From NCBI GenBank assembly GCA_964016885.1, contig OZ024746.1, forward strand, positions 67,208,001 through 67,272,000: DNA of 64,000 bases, written 5' to 3'. Below are positions 58,876 through 64,000 of the stretch, in pieces; the first letter of the stretch is position 1, and each line of letters starts with the position of its first letter. The notes beneath the pieces were generated by a model. That model made no database searches, was not told the origin of the DNA, and was given only the letters and a program-made list of their open reading frames with translations. The translations under genes were made by a program, and so were the position numbers. Source of the DNA: Eledone cirrhosa. Taxonomy: Eukaryota.

Positions 58876-58938
58876 ATTTTATCTGATGAAAGCACACCAT
58901 AATTTAACTTGGTGTCCTTGAAATATGTATAATGAAAT
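58876..58938 (+). ncRNA. Minimal hammerhead ribozyme (family D, right arm)
   Basis: attttat CTGATGA aagcacacca...tggtgtcctt GAAA t-atgt-a TA atgaaat; 7-bp stem I. Confidence 0.8.
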
Positions 58939-58977
58939 AAATATGGTTTTATAAATATAGTTTCCATTTGTCAATAT

Positions 58978-59038
<61 letters not shown>

Positions 59039-59040
59039 AC

Positions 59041-59082
<42 letters not shown>

Positions 59083-59770
59083 TTATGGAGTGTGTATGTG
59101 TGTATGTGTGGAGAAAAAAAAACGATAGTGTGAAAATGCGAGACGAAATACGCCATCGAGAATATACATAACGTCTGCGTTTACCTACTGAATTTATTTT
59201 AAGAGACACACCCACGTGCACCCCTGCATACAGAGAGAGAAAGGGAACAAGAGAGAAAGAGAGAGAGAGGGAGAGAGAGAGAGAAAGAGAGAGAGATTGA
59301 TAGAGAGAGAAATTTGCATAGATACGCGCATATATGCCGATTAATATTTGCCATTCACCTGAGTACGCCGAGATATTCATGTTGACAAGAATATTATGTG
59401 TGTGTAAGTTTCCTGCGTATATAAATATGTAATCTTTGCAGATGTACAGATGTATGTACGCACGTTGAATGAAAAAAAGTAATTGTGTATTCACAGTTGT
59501 CTAATAATATACACAAGAACATGGAGATACATAGTTCTTCAGAATTTCCTGCTTAAATATTTTATAAGAATAGAATAGAAAAATAATCTGATGTTATATT
59601 CTTATAATGTTATGGATTGAATCATGAATATAACAGTGGGACATGCATACATATATGCACCAAGATTCATACATGCATATATGCCTACATATATACATAC
59701 ATACAATACATACGTATACATACAATAATTACGTACATACATATAGTTAAATATAAATAGAGAATTAAGA

Positions 59771-59853
<83 letters not shown>

Positions 59854-59904
59854 TATATGTGTATATATATATATATATATATAAATATATATGTGCGTGT
59901 ATAT

Positions 59905-59941
<37 letters not shown>

Positions 59942-59945
59942 AATA

Positions 59946-60099
<154 letters not shown>

Positions 60100-60896
60100 G
60101 AGAGGGGGAGAGGGAGGAGGAGAAATGACGAGAGAAGAGAGAATGTGAGAAACAGATCCTTACGTGTATTTATGTTTGTGTATGTTATGTGCTTGAATTT
60201 ATTTTTATTTTTATATTTTAATATAAAAGAAAATATATTTATTTTACTCTTTTTGCGAATAGTATTCATATATTTTCTCCCCGGGTATAATGAAAATATA
60301 CATATTCAAAACTATGCTTATACGAATATGTTTGGCTCGGTTTCATTCCCATTATTCTGGCACCTTTCAATCCAAAAATGTGTACAAGATGAAATAACTG
60401 CTTTCTTTCTTCAACGTTAATGGAATATAAAAGAAAATACGCGTATAAGACGGTTTATTGTCCCTTGTTCTATTCTATCCTACTGATTTTTTTCTGTCAA
60501 TTTTTAAAGTATATCTTAAGAGTATCCGCAGATGTATGTGTATATGCGTAAGACGGTAAGTGCTTGCAATCATCTGTTATCTGAAATGCCATTTATTCTT
60601 TTTTTACGTTTGACAATGCCTCATACACGCACAGACGCACACATTTAGAAGTATTCTATTGTTATTGTTGTTATTTAAATGCTATTTGAGCCATGTTCGT
60701 AATATCGTGTAACGTTAGCAACAAGTAAAGCAAAATATATTAAAAATTAAATCAAAATATCTAGTTTCTGTCATTTATGTTTCGTCATAATATCTTAATC
60801 ATAAATGGAGATTACAAATAAAGACATCTCATGATTCTTTATAATGTTTGAGTTACCTAACATTTGAATAAACATTGCATTAAAATGAAGAATGAC

Positions 60897-60941
<45 letters not shown>

Positions 60942-61058
60942 TGTATATATTGTATATATATATATATATTGTATATATATATATATTGTATATCTATATA
61001 TATATTGTATATATATATATATATTGTATATATATATATTGTATATATATATATATAC

Positions 61059-61137
<79 letters not shown>

Positions 61138-61138
<1 letters not shown>

Positions 61139-61505
61139 AGTAATAATAATAAATTTGAAGACTAAAATTCAGAGGGGGCTCGATAAGGATAAATATATAT
61201 CAAATATATAAGAACCGTGAGGCAAATATTTATTAAAATAACAGATTTAAGTTTAAGCAAAGAATCACTGCTTTCACCCTTAACGGGATCTTCTGAAAAT
61301 AAAAAAATCAATCTATGAACGCAAAAGTAAATATTTCGAAAAACGTTGCAACTGAAGGAAGACAGTAAGACGATACTTAGGTTCGTGGAGACGTTGCCTG
61401 GCAAAGAACGGAAAAAACGGAGATAATACTTCATTATTTGGAGCGGTGAAAACAATTATACGCAAAGACAAAATCACGTTTATGGTATAAATGAAGTCAT
61501 ACTAT
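61138..61505 (-). mobile_element. Family B PLE-like end
   Basis: Reverse complement of 18665-19035; tail abuts (TA)n. Confidence 0.75.
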
Positions 61506-61913
61506 TTAGGAAACCGGATGATTCTCGGCTCAGAGTTAAGAATAATGTAAATAAATTAGAGAGGTTATTGAAATCAACAATAATTAAATGTATACATGCA
61601 CGCATCCAAAAACGTAAATGCACATGCATTCGCGACAACACCCGCTATGGGTATGCAAATACAGACACGTACACAAAAACACACGCACACATACAAAACC
61701 CACGCAATGCCTGTACCGCACACATACGATCGTATACACCAAATACACATAAAATATATATATATATATGTGTGTGTGTGTGCGTGTATACATTTAATTA
61801 TATAAATATATCTAAATATACACACATAAATACGTATTTAACGCGCGCACACAGATACCTACATTTATATACATATATAAATACATATATAAATATATAT
61901 CGTATATATATAT

Positions 61914-61972
<59 letters not shown>

Positions 61973-62027
61973 CATCATATATATATACATATATAAATAT
62001 ATATATATATATAAGTATACATATATA

Positions 62028-62445
62028 AACTCACTCGATATGCAAATTAGGATGCTCAGCCGTTAATATGCATAAGGGAAGTATATACTTTCAGACGTTC
62101 AACTATCTGGCAGGAAGGTATACGATGCTGACGATAGCTAATAAGCTTGAAACTAGTACATCGTTCCTGTGTCAATGTTGAACAAAAAGGTGACGTTGTT
62201 GCCTAAACACTGTATGGCGTAATTCGGGCTGTTTGTTTGTTTACAAACAAACAAACCGAGCATTATAATAAATGTTCGGTAAACCGATACGTGCATATAT
62301 ATATATGTATGCATGTATGTATATATATACATACTACTGTACGTCTGAATACATATATGTACGTATACATACATACATACTTACATTTAAGTAAGTGCAG
62401 TACTAAGAGTGAGAAATGAAATTTCGTTTCATTCTATTCCATTTA
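62028..62445 (+). mobile_element. Family F HHR element, near-monomer copy
   Basis: Matches 33898-34290; (TA)n-rich flanks. Confidence 0.75.
62122..62164 (+). ncRNA. Minimal hammerhead ribozyme (family F)
   Basis: acgatg CTGACGA tagctaataagctt GAAA c-ta-g TA catcgt; 6-bp stem I. Confidence 0.85.
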
Positions 62446-62551
62446 TATATATATAAATATATATATAAGCGTCGTTCTTCATTTTAATGCAATGTTTATT
62501 CAAATGTTAGGTATGTCATACAGTATTTATTCAAATGTTAGGTAACTCAAA

Positions 62552-62696
62552 CTGGACTAGTCCAGAAATAGCCGTCGAAAATACTTGAACTCTGCCGTAG
62601 TGTTTAAACCTTTTCCTATTACCCACTCTACTACCTTAAGTATTGAGTACTCTGGTGCGTTATGGTCCATTTGGTACCTTACCACACTTCCTTCGT

Positions 62697-62700
<4 letters not shown>
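62552..62700 (+). mobile_element. Short family A (Naiad) 3' end
   Basis: tagtccagaaatagccgtcgaaa...cctattacccactctactacc...ccttcgtt(TA)n. Confidence 0.8.
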
Positions 62701-62727
<27 letters not shown>

Positions 62728-64000
62728 GATGATGTGATCCGTTGCAGAGATGCCATGAAATAGCTTATAAAATATGGTGAAGACCCTTAGGAGTCGAAAA
62801 AAGGAATCGATATCTGGGAGATATAAGTTTCAATTCCTCATAACGGCCGGTGGCAATCTCATTTTCCATCTTTTATTGGTCTTCATCCTATTTTATAGCA
62901 TTCCTAGCATATCTGCGCATGAGCATACACACACACGTATATATATATTTATATATATATATATAATATCAGAGCTTTAAATTCCAAAAGATCGGCTTCG
63001 TATATTGTTTGTTAATATATAAAGTGGCATATCTTGAAGAGTTTACTACAGCTAAACCTCTACCTGAACACAAGAAATGAAACGTTTAAAGCGTACAAGC
63101 ATAGCTTAAATATCCTGTTGTCTTTCTGGTCACTACAAGGAGTCGCAGAAAATGACGCGCAACCAAACTACTATGAAATATTATAACAAAAATATAAATT
63201 ACTATAAATTAAACTGATGATTAAATTAAGGGCTTAAAGTAGAATACAATGTTTGTCATTATAGTGTTTAACTGTGCTATAAGGCTTTTATAGAAAGGTA
63301 TAAGCGAAGTGTCACGGTGGAATATTTCGATATAAATGGAATGTGCAGTGTGAGTCTTGGATTGTCGGAATGGTCCAAACAGCTTGCCGCGGACAGCATT
63401 GAAACCAATCGAGGTTATCCGACAACGTGTCTAACCGATAAGAGGCTATTAGTGAGTGAGGCAAATTATTAAATAGGGTGATTCTTAATACTATAGACTG
63501 AGCCAAAGTACTTTTTAAAAAAAAATTATAATAAATACATAAAGATAAATTAAAGGAAATTAAATTTAAGTATGGCCAGAATCGTAAAGATCTAAGGTTA
63601 GATATAATAAGAAATAAATGAAAATGAAACAACCATCATACAAAATAAAATAAAAAGAATAGAAAACAAACACTGGATTACTTGGGTTTTACTCTTAAAA
63701 TTCACCTCCCCCAAGGCACAAGCCTGGACAACGTCTTTACTAGAAGAGCAGCAGTGACACATACATACAAATGCCCCCTCTCCATGCCAACGATGTTGTC
63801 CAAGGGAAAGGCAAGGGTCGATACACATTGGTACTAGTGACATCGCAGCTAATTTCTCCAGTTGAGTGAACAAAAACAACGTGATATAAGGTCTTTCTCA
63901 ACAACACAATACATCTTCCGATCCAATACATCGAACTCACAATATCACGATTATAAATAGAACTGTGTAACCACTAGGCCACATGCCTTCACGTTTATAG

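Larger units (their letters stand above)
58543..58980 (-). mobile_element. Fold-back PLE end (family D) with an HHR in each arm
   Basis: ~165-bp arms 58633-58798 and 58815-58979; tail 58543-58632, whose end also occurs alone at ~34353-34395. Confidence 0.85.

Overview
AT-rich animal genomic DNA packed with microsatellites. The tRNA-derived SINE family and the (TA)n/(CATA)n density suggest an octopus-like cephalopod (inference). The only host coding sequence I can support is two small minus-strand exons of a canonical nicotinic acetylcholine receptor subunit: 38758-38802 (DEKNQVLITNAWLVM) and 19993-20102 (EWKDER...WLPDIVLYN). Most or all of the window is therefore probably intronic. Almost all ORFs in the supplied track are microsatellite artefacts. 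The hidden structure is a community of at least 8-10 families of Penelope-like element (PLE) ends inserted in (TA)n tracts. Most are fold-back units made of an inverted arm, a direct arm and an unpaired 3' tail, and many carry type-I hammerhead ribozymes (HHR), including core variants. One family is tied to a Naiad-type GIY-YIG ORF. Two features stand out: (i) a young non-coding retrozyme-like element at 44011-44928, with two identical 327-bp repeats that each hold a U3-A8 variant HHR 591 nt apart; (ii) repeated inverted copies of flanking DNA across (TA)n tracts, suggesting fold-back priming at the target. Also present: RTE-derived non-autonomous elements with (TATG)n tails, fragments of R4/Dong-like, RTE and L1/Tx1 LINEs, SINEs, a non-autonomous Helitron and a Tc1/mariner relic. 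Family letters (A, B, ...) are my own labels, and repeat boundaries are approximate (read by eye).
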